NCBI RefSeq assembly: GCF_009914755.1
Contig: NC_060933.1
From: the human T2T-CHM13v2.0 reference genome, Homo sapiens
DNA: 64,000 nucleotides
Direction: 5' to 3' (one strand)
The notes under the pieces are model-generated. The model saw nothing but the letters and a program-made list of their open reading frames with translations, had not been told where the DNA came from and did no database searches. Positions 26,441 through 41,330 of the stretch are shown one piece after another (the first letter of the stretch is position 1; each line of letters opens with the position of its first letter). Position numbers and translations under genes: made by a program.

Positions 26441-29400
26441 AATCGTGTTGATTCCATTCCATTCCATTCCATTCCATTCCATTCCATTCCATTCCATTCT
26501 TTCCATTCCATTACGGATGATTCCATTTCATTGCATTCCATTCCATTCCATTCCCCTGTACTCGGGTTGATTCCATTCCATTTCATTCCAATCCATGCCC
26601 TTCCACTCTTGTTGACTCCATTCATTCCATTCCATTCAAGTTGAATCCATTCCATTGCATTCCATTCCATTCGATTCCATTCGATTGCACTCGGGTTGAT
26701 TCCATTCCATTGCATTCCATTCCTTTCCATTCCATTCCATTCCATTCCATTCCGTTCCATTCCATTCCATTACAATCGGATTGATTCTATTCAATTCCCT
26801 TACACTCCATTACATTCCATTCCATTCGGGTAGTTTCCATTCCATTCCATTCCATTCCTCTCCATTCCATTGCACTCGGGTTGATTCCATTCCATTGCAT
26901 TCCATTCCATTCCATTCAATTCCATTCCGTTCCATTCCATTCCATTACATTCGGATTGATTCTATTCAACTCCCTTACTCTTCTTTACATTCCATTCCAT
27001 TTGGGTTGTTCCATTCCATTCCATTGCATTCCACTCCATTCCATTGCACTCGGGTTTATTCAATTCCATTCCATTCCATTCCATTCCATTCCATTCCAAT
27101 CCGGAAGATTCCATTCCATTGCATTCCATTCCATTCCATTCCCCTGCACTCGCGTTGATTCCATTCCATTCCATTCCATTCCATTCCTTTCCGTTCCATT
27201 CCATTCCATTCCATTCGATTGCAATCGAGTTGATTCCATTCCATTCCATTCCATTCCATTCCATTCCTTTCCATTCCATTACGGATGATTCCATTCCATT
27301 GCATTACATTCCATTCCATTCCCCTGTACTCGGGTTGATTCCTTTCCATTCCATTCCATTCCATTCTATTCCATTCCATTCCATTCCATTCCGGAAGTTT
27401 CCATTCCATTGCATTCCATTCCATTCCATTCCCCTGCACTCGCGTTGATTCCATTCCATTCCATTCCATTCCATTCCATTCCATTCCATTCCGATCCGTT
27501 CCATTCCATTCCATTCCATTCCATTCCGTTCCGTTCCATTCCATTCCATTCCATTCCATTCTATTCGGGTTAATTCCATTCCATTCCATTGAATTGCAAT
27601 CGAGTAGATTCCATTCAATTCCATTCCATTCCATTCCATTCCATTCCATTCCTTTCCATTACATTACGGGTGATTCCATTCCATTTCATTCCATTCCATT
27701 CCATTCCCCTGTACTCGGGTTGATTCTATTCCATTCCATTCCAATCCATGCCATTCCACTCGTGTTGATTCCATTCTTTCCATTCCATTCAAGTTGAATC
27801 CATTCCATTGCATTCCATTCCATTCGATTCCATTCGATTGCACTCGGGTTGATTCCATGGCATTGCTTTCCATTCCATTCCATTCCATTCCATTCGGATT
27901 CATTCTATTCAATTCCCTTACACTCCATTACATTCCAATCCATTCGTGTAGTTTCCATTCCATTCCATTCCATTCCTCTCCATTCCATTGCATTCGGGTT
28001 GATTCCATTCCATTCCATTCCATTCCATTCCATTCCATTCCATTCCATTCCGGATGATTCCATTCCATTGAATTCCATTCCATTCCATTCCCCTGCACTT
28101 GGGTTGATTCCATTCCATTCCATTCCATTCCTTTCTGTTCCATTGCATTCCATTCCATTCCATTCTATTCGTGTTAATTCCGTTCCATTCTATTCCATTC
28201 CATTCCATTGAAATCGAGTTGATTCCATTCCATTCAATTCCATTCCATTCCATTCCATTCCATTCCATTCCATTCGGGATGATTCCATTCCATTGCATTC
28301 CATTCCATTCCATTCCCCTGCACTCGGGTTGATTCCATTCCGTTCCATTCCATTACATTCCATTCCATTCCGTTCCATTTCATTCTATTCGGGTTAATTC
28401 CATTCCATTCCATTCCACTCCATTCCAGTCCTTTCCATTCCATTCCACTCGGGTTGATTCCTTTCTATTCCTTTCAATTCCATTCCATTCCATTGCAATC
28501 GAGTGGATTCCATTCGAGTTGAATCCATTCCATTCCATTCCATTCCATTCCATTCCATTCCATTCCATTCCACTGCACACGGGTTCATTCCATTCCATTC
28601 CATTCCATTACATTCCATTCCATTCCATTCCATTTCATTCCATTCCATTCTATTCCGTACCATTCCATTCCATCCCATTCCATTCCGTTCCATTCCATGC
28701 CATTACACTCGGGTTGATTCCATTCCTTTCCATTCCATTCTTGTTGAATCCATTCCATTCCATTCCATTCCATTCGAATCCATTCCATTGCACTCGGGTT
28801 GATTCCATTCCTTTCCATTCCATTCCATTTCATTCCATTCCATTCCGTTACATTCGGATTGATTCTATTCAATTCCCTTACACTCCATTACATTCCATTC
28901 CATTCGTGTAGTTTCCATTCCATTCCATTCCATTCCTCTCCATTCCATTGCACTCGGGTTGATTCCATTCCATTGCATTCCATTCCATTCCATTCAATTC
29001 CATTCCGTTGCATTCCATTCCATTACATTCGGATTGACTCTATTCAACTCCCTTACTCTCCATTACATTCCATTCCATTCGGGTTGTTCCATTCCATTCC
29101 ATTCCACTCCGCTCCATTCCATTGCACTCGGGTTTATTCCATTCCATTCCATTCCATTCCATTCCATTCCATTCCATTCCGGAAGACTCCATTCCATTGC
29201 ATTCCATTCCATTCCATTCCCCTGCACTCGCGTTGATTCCATTCCATTCCATTCCATTCCATTCCATTCCATTCCATTCCTTTCCGTTCCATTCCATTCC
29301 ATTTCATTCCATTCCATTCCATTCCGTTCCGATCCGTTCCGTTCCGTTCCGTTCCATTCCATTCCATTACATTCTATTCGGGTTAATTCCATTCCATTGC

Positions 29401-31475
29401 ATTCGATTGCAATCGAGTTGATTCCATTCCATTCCATTCCATTCCATTCCATTCCATTCCATCCTTTCCATTCCATTACAGATGATTCCATTCCATTGCA
29501 TTCCGTTCCATTACATTCCCCTGCACTCGCGTTGATTCCATTCCTTTCCATTCCATTCCATTCCATTCCATTCCATTACAATTCGTTCCATTCCATTCTA
29601 TTCCGAACCATTCCATTCCATTCCATACCATTCCATTCCATTCCATTCCATTCCATTCCGTTCCATTCCGTTCCATTCCCTTCCATTCCATTCTATTCAA
29701 ATTAATTCCATTCCATTCCATTCCATTCCATTCCATTCCATTCCATTCTATTCCATTCCATTGCAATCGAGTTGAATCCATTGCATTTCATTCCATTCCA
29801 TTCCATTCCATTCCATTCCGGAAGATTCCATTCCATTGCATTCCATTCCATTCCATTCCCCTGCACTCGCGTTGATTCCATTCCATTCCATTCCATTCCT
29901 TTCCGTTCCGTTCCATTCCATTCCATTCCATTCCATTCCGTTCCGTTCCATTCCATTCCATTCCATTCTATTCGGGTTAATTCCATTCCATTCCATTCGA
30001 TTGCAATCGAGTTGATTCCATTCCATTCCATTCCATTCCATTCCATTCCTTTCCATTCCATTACGGATGATTCCATTCCATTGCATTCCATTCCATTCCA
30101 TTCCCCTATACTCGGGTTGATTCCATTCCATTCCATTCCAATCCATGCCATTCCACTCGTGTTGATTCCATTCTTTCCATTCCATTCAAGTTGAATCCAT
30201 TCGATTGCATTCCATTCCATTCCATTCCCCTGCAGTCAGGTTGATTCCATTCCATTCCATTCCATTCCATTCCATTCCATTCCGTTCCGTTCCGTTCCGT
30301 TCCGTTCCATTCCATTCCATTCCATTCTATTCGGGTTAATTCCATTCCATTCCATTCTATTCCATTCCATTCCATTCCAATCGAGTTTATTCCATTCCAT
30401 TCCATTCCATTCCATTCCACTCCATTCCAGTCCTTTCCATTCCATTCCACTCGAGTTGATTCCAATGTATTCCTTTCCATTCCATTCCATTCCATTGCAA
30501 TCGAGTTGATTCCATTGCTTTGCATTCCATTCCATTCCATTCCATTCCGGATGATTCCATTCCATTGCATTCCATTCCATTCCATTCCCCTGCACTCGGG
30601 TTGATTCCATTCCATTCCACTCCATTCCGTTCCATTCCATTCCATTTTATTGTATTCGGGTTAATTCCATTCCATTCCATTCCATTGCATTCCATTCCAT
30701 TCCATTCCTTTCCATTCCATTCCATTACAATCGAGTTGATTCCATTCCATTCCATTCCATTCCATTCCAGTCCTTTCCATTCCATTCCACTCGGGTTGAT
30801 TCCATTCTATTTGTTTCCATTCCATTCCATTCCCTTCCATTCCACTCTGGTTGATTCCATTCCTTTCCATTCCAGTCGAATACATTCCCTCCTATTCCAC
30901 TCGGAACGATTCCATTCCATTCCATTCCATTCCATTCCATTCCAGTTCGTTCCATTCCGTTCTAATCCGTACCATTCCATTCCATTCCATTCCTTTCCAT
31001 TCCATTCCTTTCCACTCGTGTTGATTCCATTCCTTTCCATTCCATTCGGTTTGAAGGCATTCCATTCCATTCAATTCCATTCCATTCCATTCCATTCCAT
31101 TCCATTCTATTCCATTCCATTGCAATCGAGTTGAATCCATTGCCTTTCATTCCATTCCATTCCATTCCATTCCGGAAGATTCCATTCCATTGCATTCCAT
31201 TCCATTCCATTCCCCTGCACTCGTGTTGATTCCATTCCATTCCATTCCATTCCATTCCGTTCCGTTCCATTCCATTCCATTCCATTCCATTCCATTCCAT
31301 TCCATTCCGTTCCGTTCCGTTCCATTCCATTCCATTCCATTCTATTCGGGTTAATTCCATTCCATTCCATTCGATTGCCATCGAGTTGTTGCCATTCCAT
31401 TCCATTCCATTCCATTCCATTCCATTCCTTTCCATTCCATTACGGATGACTCCATTCCATTGCATTCCATTCCAT

Positions 31476-32395
31476 TCCATTCTCCTGCACTTGGGTTGAT
31501 TCCATTCCATTCCATTACATTCCTTTCTTTTCCATTCCATTCCATTCCATTCTTTCGTGTTAATTCCATTCCATTCTATTCCATTCCATTCCATTGAAAT
31601 CGAGTTGATTCCATTCCATTCCATTCCATTCCATTCCATTCCATTCCATTCCATTCCATTCCGGATGATTCCATTCCATTCCATTCCGTTCCATTCCATT
31701 CCATTGTACTCGGGTTGATTCCATTCCATTGCATTCCATTCCATTCCATTCCATTTCATTCCGTTGCATTCCATTCCATTACATTCGGATTGATTCTATT
31801 CAACTCCCTTACTCTCCATTACATTCCATTCCATTCGGGTTGTTCCATTCCATTCCATTCCATTCCACTCCATTCCATTGCATTCGGGTTGATTCCATTC
31901 CATTCCATTCCATTCCATTCCGGATGATTCCATTCCATTGGATTCCGTTCCATTACATTCCCCTGCACTCGCGTTGATTCCATTCCATTCCATTCAATTC
32001 CATTCCATTACAATTCGTTCCATTCCATTCTATTCCGTACCATTCCATTCCATTCCATACCATTCCATTCCATTCCATTCCATTCCATTCCATTCCTTTC
32101 CATTCCGTTCCATTGCATTCTATTCGGGTTAATTCCATTCCATTCCATTCCATTCCATTCCATTCCATTCTATTCCATTCCATTGCAATCGAGTTGAATC
32201 CATTGTATTTCATTCCGTTCCATTCCATTCCATTCCATTCTGGAAGATTCCATTCCATTGCATTCCATTCCATTCCATTCCCCTGCACTCGCGTTGATTC
32301 CATTCCATTCCATTCCATTCCATTCCATTCCATTCCGTTCCATTCCATTCCATTCCATTCTATTCGGGTTAATTCCATTCCATTCCATTCGATTG
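31476..32395 (+). repeat. ~0.9 kb dispersed duplicate, copy 2 (partner 25525-26440)
   Basis: Same variants in the same order. Confidence 0.85.
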
Positions 32396-35254
32396 CAATC
32401 GAGTTGATTCCATTCCATTCCATTCCATTCCATTCCATTCCATTCCTTTCCATTCCATTACGGATGATTCCATTCCATTGCATTCCATTCCATTCCATTC
32501 CCCTGTACTCGGGTTGATTCCGTTCCATTCCATTCCAATCCATGCCATTCCACTCGTGTTGATTCCATTCTTTCCATTCCATTCAAGTTGAATCCATACC
32601 ATTGCATTCCATTCAATTCGATTCTATTCGATTGCACTCGGGTTGATTCCATTCCATTGCATTCCATTCCATTCCATTCCATTCCTCTCCATTCCATTGC
32701 ACTCGGGTTGATTCCATTCCATTGCATTCCATTCCATTCCATTCAATTCCATTCCGTTCCATTCCATTCCATTACATTCGGATTGATTCTATTCAACTCC
32801 CTTACTCTCCATTCCATTCCATTCCATTCGGGTTGTTCCATTCCATTCCATTCCATTCCACTCCATTCCATTGCACTCGGGTTGATTCCATTCCATTCCA
32901 TTCCATTCCATTCCATTCCATTCCATTCCATTTCAATCGAGTTGATTCCATTCCATTCCATTCCATTCCAGTCCTTTCCATTCCATTCCACTCGGGTTGA
33001 TTCCATTCTATTAGTTTCCATTCCATTCCATTCCCTTCCATTCCACTCTGGTTGATTCCATTCGTTTCCATTCCACTCGAATACATTCCCTCCTATTCCA
33101 CTCGGAACGATTCCATTCCATTCCATTCCATTCCATTCCATTCCATTTCGTTCCATTCCATTCCATTCCATTCCATTGTACTCGGGTTGATACCATTCCA
33201 TTGCATTCCATTGCATTCCATTCCATTCCATTCCATTCCATTCCATTCCATTCCATTCCATTCCATTCGGTTCCATTCCATTACATTCGGATTGATTCTT
33301 TTCAACTCCCTTATTCTCCATTACATTCCATTCCATTCGGATTGTTCCATTCCATTCCATTCCATTCCACTCCATTCCATTGCACTCGGGTTTATTCCAT
33401 TCCATTCCATTGCATTCCATTCCGGATGATTCCATTCCATTGCATTCCGTTCCATTACATTCCCCTGCACTCGGGTTGATTCCATTCCATTCCATTCGAT
33501 TCCATTCCATTCCCCTGCACTCGGGTTGATTCCATTCCATTCCATTCCATTCCATTCCATTCCATTCCATTCCATTCCATTCCATTCCTTTCCATTCCAG
33601 TCCTTTCCATTCCATTCCACTCGGGTTGATTCCATTCTATTAGTTTCCATTCCATTCCATTCCCTTCCATTCCACTCTGGTTGATTCCATTCCTTTCCAT
33701 TCCACTCGAATACATTCCCTCCTATTCCACTCGGAACGATTCCATTCCATTCCATTCCGTTCCATTCCATTCCATTCCATTTCGTTCCATTCCATTCTAT
33801 TCCGTATCATTCCATTCCATTCCATTCCATTCCATTCCATTCCATTCCACTCGTGTTGATTTCATTCCTTTCCATTCCATTCGGTTTGAAGGCATTCCAT
33901 TCCATTCCATTCCATTCTATTCCATTCCATTCCATTCCATTCCATTGTACTCGGGTTGATTCCATTCCATTGCATTCCATTCCATTCCATTCCATTCCAT
34001 TCCGTTGCATTCCATTCCATTACATTCGGATTGATTCTATTCAACTCCCTTACTCTCCATTCCATTCCATTCCATTCGGGTTGTTCCATTCCATTCCATT
34101 CCATTCCACTCCATTCCATTGCACTCGGGTTGATTCCATTCCATTCCATTCCATTCCGGATGATTCCATTCCATTGCATTCCGTTCCATTACATTCCCCT
34201 GCACTCGCGTTGATTCCATTCCATTCCATTCCATTCCATTCAATTCCATTCCATTACAATTCTTTCCATTCCATTCTATTCCGTACCATTCCATTCCATT
34301 CCATACCATTCCATTCCATTCCATTCCATTCCATTCCGTTCCATTCCGTTCCATTCCATTCCATTCCATTCTATTCGGATCAATTCCATTCCATTCCATT
34401 CCATTCCATTCTATTCCATTCCATTTCAATCGAGTTGAATCCATTCCATTCCATTCCACTCCATTCCTTTCCATTCCATTACGGATGATTCCATTCCATT
34501 GCATTGCATTCCATTCCATTCCCCTGTACTCGGGTTGATTCCATTCCATTCCATTCCAATCCATGTCATTCCGTTCCGTTCCATTCCATTCCATTCCATT
34601 CCATTCCGTTCCGTTCCATTCCATTCCATTCCATTCTTTTCGGGTTAATTCCATTCCATTCCATTCGATTGCAATCGAGTTGATTCCATTCCATTCCATT
34701 CCATTCCATTCCATTCCATTCCATTCCATTCCTTTCCATTCCATTACTGATGATTCCAGTCCATTGCATTCCATTCCATTCCATTCCCCTGTACTCGGGT
34801 TGATTCCATTCCATTCCATTCCTATCCATGCCATTCCACTCGTGTTGATTCCATTCTTTCCATTCCATTCAAGTTGAATCCATTCCATTGCATTCCATTC
34901 CATTCCATTCCCCTGTACTCGGGTTGATTCCATTCCATTCCATTCCATTCCATTCCATTCCATTCCATTCCGTTCCATTCCATTCCATTCCATTCCATTC
35001 CGTTCTATTCGGGTTAATTCCATTCCATTCCATTCCATTCCATTCCATTCCAATCGAGTTGTTTCCATTCCATTCCATTCCATTCCATTCCACTCCATTC
35101 CAGTCCTTTCCATTCCATTCCACTCCGGTTGATTCCAATGTATTCCTTTCCATTCCATTCCATTCCATTGCAATCGAGTTGATTCCATTGCTTTGCATTC
35201 CATTCCATTCCATTCCATTCCGGATGATTCCATTCCATTGCATTCCATACCATT

Positions 35255-36270
35255 CCATTCCCCTCCACTCGGTTTGATTCCATTCCATTCCACTCCATTC
35301 CGTTCCATTCCATTCCATTCCATTGTATTCGGGTTAATTCCATTCCATTCCATTCCATTCCATTCCATTCCATTACAATCGAGTTGATTCCATTCCATTC
35401 CATTCCATTCCAGTCCTTTCCATTCCATTCCTGTCGGGTTGATTCCATTCTATTAGTTTCCATTCCATTCCATTCCCTTCCATTCCACTCTGGTTGATTC
35501 CATTCCTTTCCATTCCACTCGAAAACATTCCCTCTTATTCCACTCGGAACGATTCCATTCCATTCCATTCCATTCCATTCCATTCCATTCCATTCCATTC
35601 CATTCCATTTCGTTCCATTCCATTCTATTCCGTATCATTCCATTCCATTCCATTCCATTCCATTAAATTCCATTCCATTCCATTCCATTCCATTGTACTC
35701 GGGTTGATTCCATTCCATTGCATTCCATTCCATTCCATTCCATTCCATTCCGTTGCATGCCATTCCATTACATTCGGATTCATTCTATTCAACTCCCTTA
35801 CTCTCCATTACATTCCATTCCATTCGGGTTGTTCCATTCCATTCCATTCCATTCCACTCCATTCCATTGCACTCGGGTTGATTCCATTCCATTCCATTCC
35901 ATTCCATTCCATTCCATTCCATTCCATTCCATTCCGGATGATTCCATTCCATTGCATTCCTTTCCATTACATTCCCCTGCACTCGCGTTGATTCCATTCC
36001 ATTCCATTCCATTCCATTCAATTCCATTCCATTACAATTCGTTCCATTCCACTCTATTCCGTACCATTCCATTCCATTCCATACCATTGCATTCCATTCC
36101 ATTCCATTCCATTCCATTCTATTTGGATTAATTCCATTCCATTCCATTCCATTCCATTCTATTCCATTCCATTGCAATCGAGTTGAATCCATTGCATTTC
36201 ATTCCATTCCATTCCATTCCATTCCATTCCGGAAGATTCCATTCCATTGCATTCCATTCCATTCCATTCC
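35255..36270 (+). repeat. ~1 kb older duplicate of 38640-39645 (and therefore of 45000-46005)
   Basis: Shared CCCCTCCACTCGG, CGAAAACATTCCCT, CATTAAATTCC, TTGCATTCCTTTCCATTAC. Offset ~3.37-3.38 kb (ORFs 35718/39086). Confidence 0.7.
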
Positions 36271-39200
36271 CCTGCATTCGCTTTGATTCCATTGCATTCC
36301 ATTCCATTCCATTCCATTCCATTCCGTTCCGTTCCATTCCATTCAATTCCATTCCATTCCATTCCATTACGTTCCGTTCCATTCCATTCCATTCCAGTCT
36401 ATTCGGGTTAATTCCATTCCATTCCATTCGATTGCAATCGAGTTGATTCCATTCCATTCCATTCCATTCCATTCCATTCCATTCCATTCCATTCCTTTCC
36501 ATTCCATTACGGATGATTCCATTCCATTGCATTCCATTCCATTCCATTCCCCTGTACTCGGGTTGATTCCATTCCATTCCATTCCAATCCATGCCATTCC
36601 ACTCGTGTTGATTCCATTCTTTCCATTCTATTCAAGTTGAATCCATTCCATTGCATTCCATTCCATTCGATTCCATTCGATTGCACTCGGGTTGATTCCA
36701 TTCCATTGCATTCCATTCCATTCCATTCCATTCCATTCCATTCCATTCCATTCCGTTCCGTTCCATTCCATTACATTCGGATTGATTCTATTCAATTCCC
36801 TTACACTCCATTACATTCCATTCCTTTCGGGTAGTTTCCATTCCATTCCATTCCATTTCTCTCCATTCCATTGCACTCGGGTTGATTCCATTCCATTGCA
36901 TTCCATTCCATTCCATTCAATTCCATTCCGTTCCATTCCATTCCATTACATTCAGACTGATTCTATTCAACTCCCTTACTCTCCATTCCATTCCATTCCA
37001 TTCGGGTTGTTCCCTTCCATTCCATTCCATTCCACTCCATTCCATTGCACTCGGGTTGATTCCATTCCATTCCATTCCATTCCATTCCATTCCATTCCGG
37101 AAGATTCCATTCCATTGCATTCCATTCCATTCCATTCCCCTGCACTCGCGTTGATTCCATTCCATTCCATTCTATTCCATTCCATTCCCTTCCTTTCCGT
37201 TCCATTCCATTCCATTCCATTCCATTCCATTCCATTCCGTTCCGTTCCATTCCATTCCATTCCATTCTATTCGGGTTAATTCCATTCCATTCCATTCGAT
37301 TGCAATCGAGTTGATTCCATTCCATTACATTCCATTCCATTCCATTCCATTCCATTCCTTTCCATTCCATTACGGATGATTCCATTCCATTGCATTCCAT
37401 TCCATTCCATTCCCCTATACTCGGGTTGATTCCATTCCATTCCATTACAATCCATGCCATTCCACTCGTGTTGATTCCATTCTTTCCATTCCATTGAAGT
37501 TGAATCCGTTCCATTGCATTCCATTCCGTTCGATTCCATTCGATTGCACTCGGGTTGATTCCATTGCATTGCATTCCACTCCATTCCATTCCATTCCATT
37601 CCATTCCGTTCCATTCCATTTCATTACATTCAGATTGATTCTATTCAATTCCCTTACACTCCATTATATTCCAATCCATTCTTGTTGTCTCCATTCCATT
37701 CCATTCCATTTCACTCCATTCCATTGCGCTCAGGTTGATTCCATTCCACTCCATTCCATTCCATTCCATTCCATTACATTACATTACATTCCGTTCCATT
37801 GTACTCGGGTTGATTCCATTCCATTGCATTCCATTCCATTCCATCCCATTCCATTCCATTCTATTCCACTCCGTTCCATTCCATTACATTCGGATTGATT
37901 TTATTCAACTCCCTTACTCTCCATTACATTCCATTCCATTCGGCTTGTTCCATTCTATTCCATTCCATTCCACTCCATTCCATTGCACTGGTGTTGATTC
38001 CATTCCATTCCATTCCATTCCATTCCATTCCATTCCATTCCGGATGATTCCATTCCATTGCATTCCGTTCCATTACATTCCCCTGCACTCGGGTTGATTC
38101 CATTCCATTCCATTCCATTCCATTTGATTCCATTCCATTCCAAATCTTTCCATTCCATTATATTCCGTACCATGCCATTCCATTCCATACAATTACATTC
38201 CATTCCATTCCACTCCGTTCCGTTCCGTTCCGTTCCGTTCCATTCCATTCCATTCTATTCTATTCGGGTTAATTCCATTCCATTCCATTCGATTGCAATC
38301 GAGTTGATTCCATTCCATTCCATTCCTTTCCATTCCTTTCCATTCCATTACGGATGATTCCATTCCATTGCACTCCATTCCATTCCATTCCCCTGTACTC
38401 TGGTTGATTCCATTCCATTCCATTCCAATCCATGCCATTCCACTCGTGTTGATTCCATTCTTTCCATTCCATTCAAGTTGAATCCATTCCATTTCATTCC
38501 ATTCCATTCCATTCCCCTGTAGTCGGGTTGATTCCGTTCCATTCCATTCCATTCCATTCCATTCCATTCCGTTCCATTCCATTCCATTCCATTCCATTCT
38601 ATTCGGATTAATTCCATTCCATTGCATTCCATTCCATTCCATTCCCCTCCACTCGGGTTGATTCCATTCCATTCCACTCCATTCCGTTCCATTCCATTCC
38701 ATTCCATTGTATTCGGGTTAATTCCATTCCATTCCATTCCATTCCATTCCATTATAATCGAGTTGATTCCATTCCATTCTGTTCCATTCCAGTCCTTTCC
38801 ATTCCATTCCAGTCGGGTTGATTCCATTCTATTAGTTTCCATTCCATTCCATTCCCTTCCATTCCACTCTGGTTGATTCCATTCCTTCCCATTCCACTCG
38901 AAAACATTCCCTCCTATTCCATTCGCAACGATTCCATTCCATTCCATTCCATTCCATTCCATTCCATTCCATTCCATTTCGTTCCATTCCAATCTATTCC
39001 GTATCATTCCATCCATTCCATTCCATTCCATTAAATTCCATTCCATTCCATTCCATTCCATTGTACTCGGGTTGATTCCATTCCATTGCATTCCATTCCA
39101 TTCCATTCCATTCCATTCCGTTGCATTCCATTCCATTACATTCGGATTGATTCTATTCAACTCCCTTACTCTCCATTACATTCAATTCCATTCGGGTTGT

Positions 39201-41050
39201 TCCATTCCATTCCATTCCATTCCACTCCATTCCATTGCACTCGGGTTGATTCCATTCCATTCCATTCCATTCCATTCCGGATGATTCCATTCCATTGCAT
39301 TCCTTTCCATTACATTCCCCTGCACTCGCGTTGATTCCATTCCATTCCATTCCATTCCATTCAATTCCATTCCATTACAATTCGTTCCATTCCATTCTAT
39401 TCCGTACCATTCCATTCCATTCCATACCATTCCATTCAATTCCATTCCATTCCATTCCTTTCCATTCCGTTCCATTCCATTCCATTCCATTCTATTCGGA
39501 TTAATTCCATTCCATTCCATTCCATTCCATTCTATTCCATTCCATTGCAGTCGAGTTGAATCCATTGCATTTCATTCCATTCCATTCCATTCCATTCCAT
39601 TCCGGAAGATTCCATTCCATTGCATTCCATTCCATTCCATTCCCCTGCACACGCGTTGATTCCATTCCATTCCATTCCATTCCATTCCATTCCATTCCGT
39701 TCCGTTCCATTCCATTCTATTCCATTCCATTCCATTCCGTTCTGTTCCATTCCATTCCATTCCATTCTATTCGGGTTAATTCCAATCCATTCCATTCGAT
39801 TGCAATCGAGTTGATTCCATTCCATTCCATTCCATTCCATTCCATTCCTTTCCATTCCATTACAGATGATTCCATTCCATTGCATTCCATTCCATTCCAT
39901 TCCCCTGTACTCGGGTTGATTCCATTCCATTCCATTCCAATCCATGCCATTCCACTCGTGTTGATTCCATTGTTTCCATTCCATTCAAGTTGAATCCATT
40001 CCATTGCATTCCATTCCATTCTATTCCATTCGATTGCACTCGGGTTAATTCCATTCCATTCCATTCCATTCCATTCCATTCCGTTCCATTCCATTCCATT
40101 ACATTCCGATTGATTCTATTCAATTCCCTTACACTCCATTACATTCCATTCCATTCGGGTAGTTTCCATTCCATTCCATTCCATTCCTCTCCATTCCATT
40201 GCACTCGGGTTGATTGCATTCCATTGCATTCCATTCCATTCCATTCAATCCCATTCCGTTCCCTTCCATTCCATTACATTCGGATTGATTCTATTCAACT
40301 CCCGTACTCTCCATTACATTCGATTCCATTCGGGTTGTTCCATTCCATTCCATTCCATTCCACTCCATTCCATTGCACTCGGGTTGATTCCATTCCATTC
40401 CATTCCATTCCGGAAGATTCCTTTCCATTGCATTCCCTTACATTCCATTCCCCTGCACTCGCGTTGATTCCATTCCATTCCATTCCATTCCATTCCATTC
40501 CATTCCATTCCTTTCCGTTCCATTCCATTGCATTCCATTCCATTCCATTCCATTCCATTCCATTCCATTCCGTTCCGTTCCGTTCCATTCCATTCCATTC
40601 CATTCTTTTCGGGTAAATTCCATTCCATTCCATTCCATTGCAATCGAGTTGATTCCATTCCATTCCATTCCATTCCATTCCATTCCTTTCCATTCCATTA
40701 CGAATGATTCCATTCCATTGCATTCCATTCCATTCCATTCCCCTGTACTCGGGTTGATTCCATTCCATTCCATTCCAATCCATGCCATTCCACTCGTGTT
40801 GATTCCATTCTTTCCATTCCATTCAAGTTGAATCCATTCCATTGCATTCCATTCCATTCCATTCCATTCCCCCGCAGTAGGGTTGATTCCATTCCATTCC
40901 TTTCCATTCCATTCCGTTCCTTTCCATTTAATTCCATTCCATTCTATTCGGTTTAATTCCATTCCATTCCATTCCATTCCATTCCAATCGAGTTGATTCC
41001 ATTCCATTCCATTCCATTCCATTCCACTCCATTCCAGTCCTTTCCATTCC

Positions 41051-41330
41051 ATTCCCCTCGGGTTGATTCCAATGTATTCCTTTCCATTCCATTTCATTCC
41101 ATTGCAATCGAGTTGATTCCATTTCTTTGCATTCCATTCCATTCTATTCCATTCCGGATGATTCCATTCCATTGCATTCCATTACATTCCATTCCCCTCG
41201 GGTTGATTCCAATGTATTCCTTTCCATTCCATTTCATTCCATTGCAATCGAGTTGATTCCATTTCTTTGCATTCCATTCCATTCTATTCCATTCCGGATG
41301 ATTCCATTCCATTGCATTCCATTCCATTCC
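41051..41330 (+). repeat. 2 x 140 bp local tandem duplication (also at 47411-47690)
   Basis: ATTCCCCTCGGGTTGATTCCAATGTA...ATTTCTTTGC...CCGGATG starts at 41051 and 41191. Confidence 0.9.

Noticed and set aside
27790-32590. Two consecutive ~2,397 bp spacings of the CAAGTTGAA landmark suggesting a 2.4 kb higher-order repeat
   Set aside because: The two intervals contain different module orders and variants, so the equal length looks coincidental.
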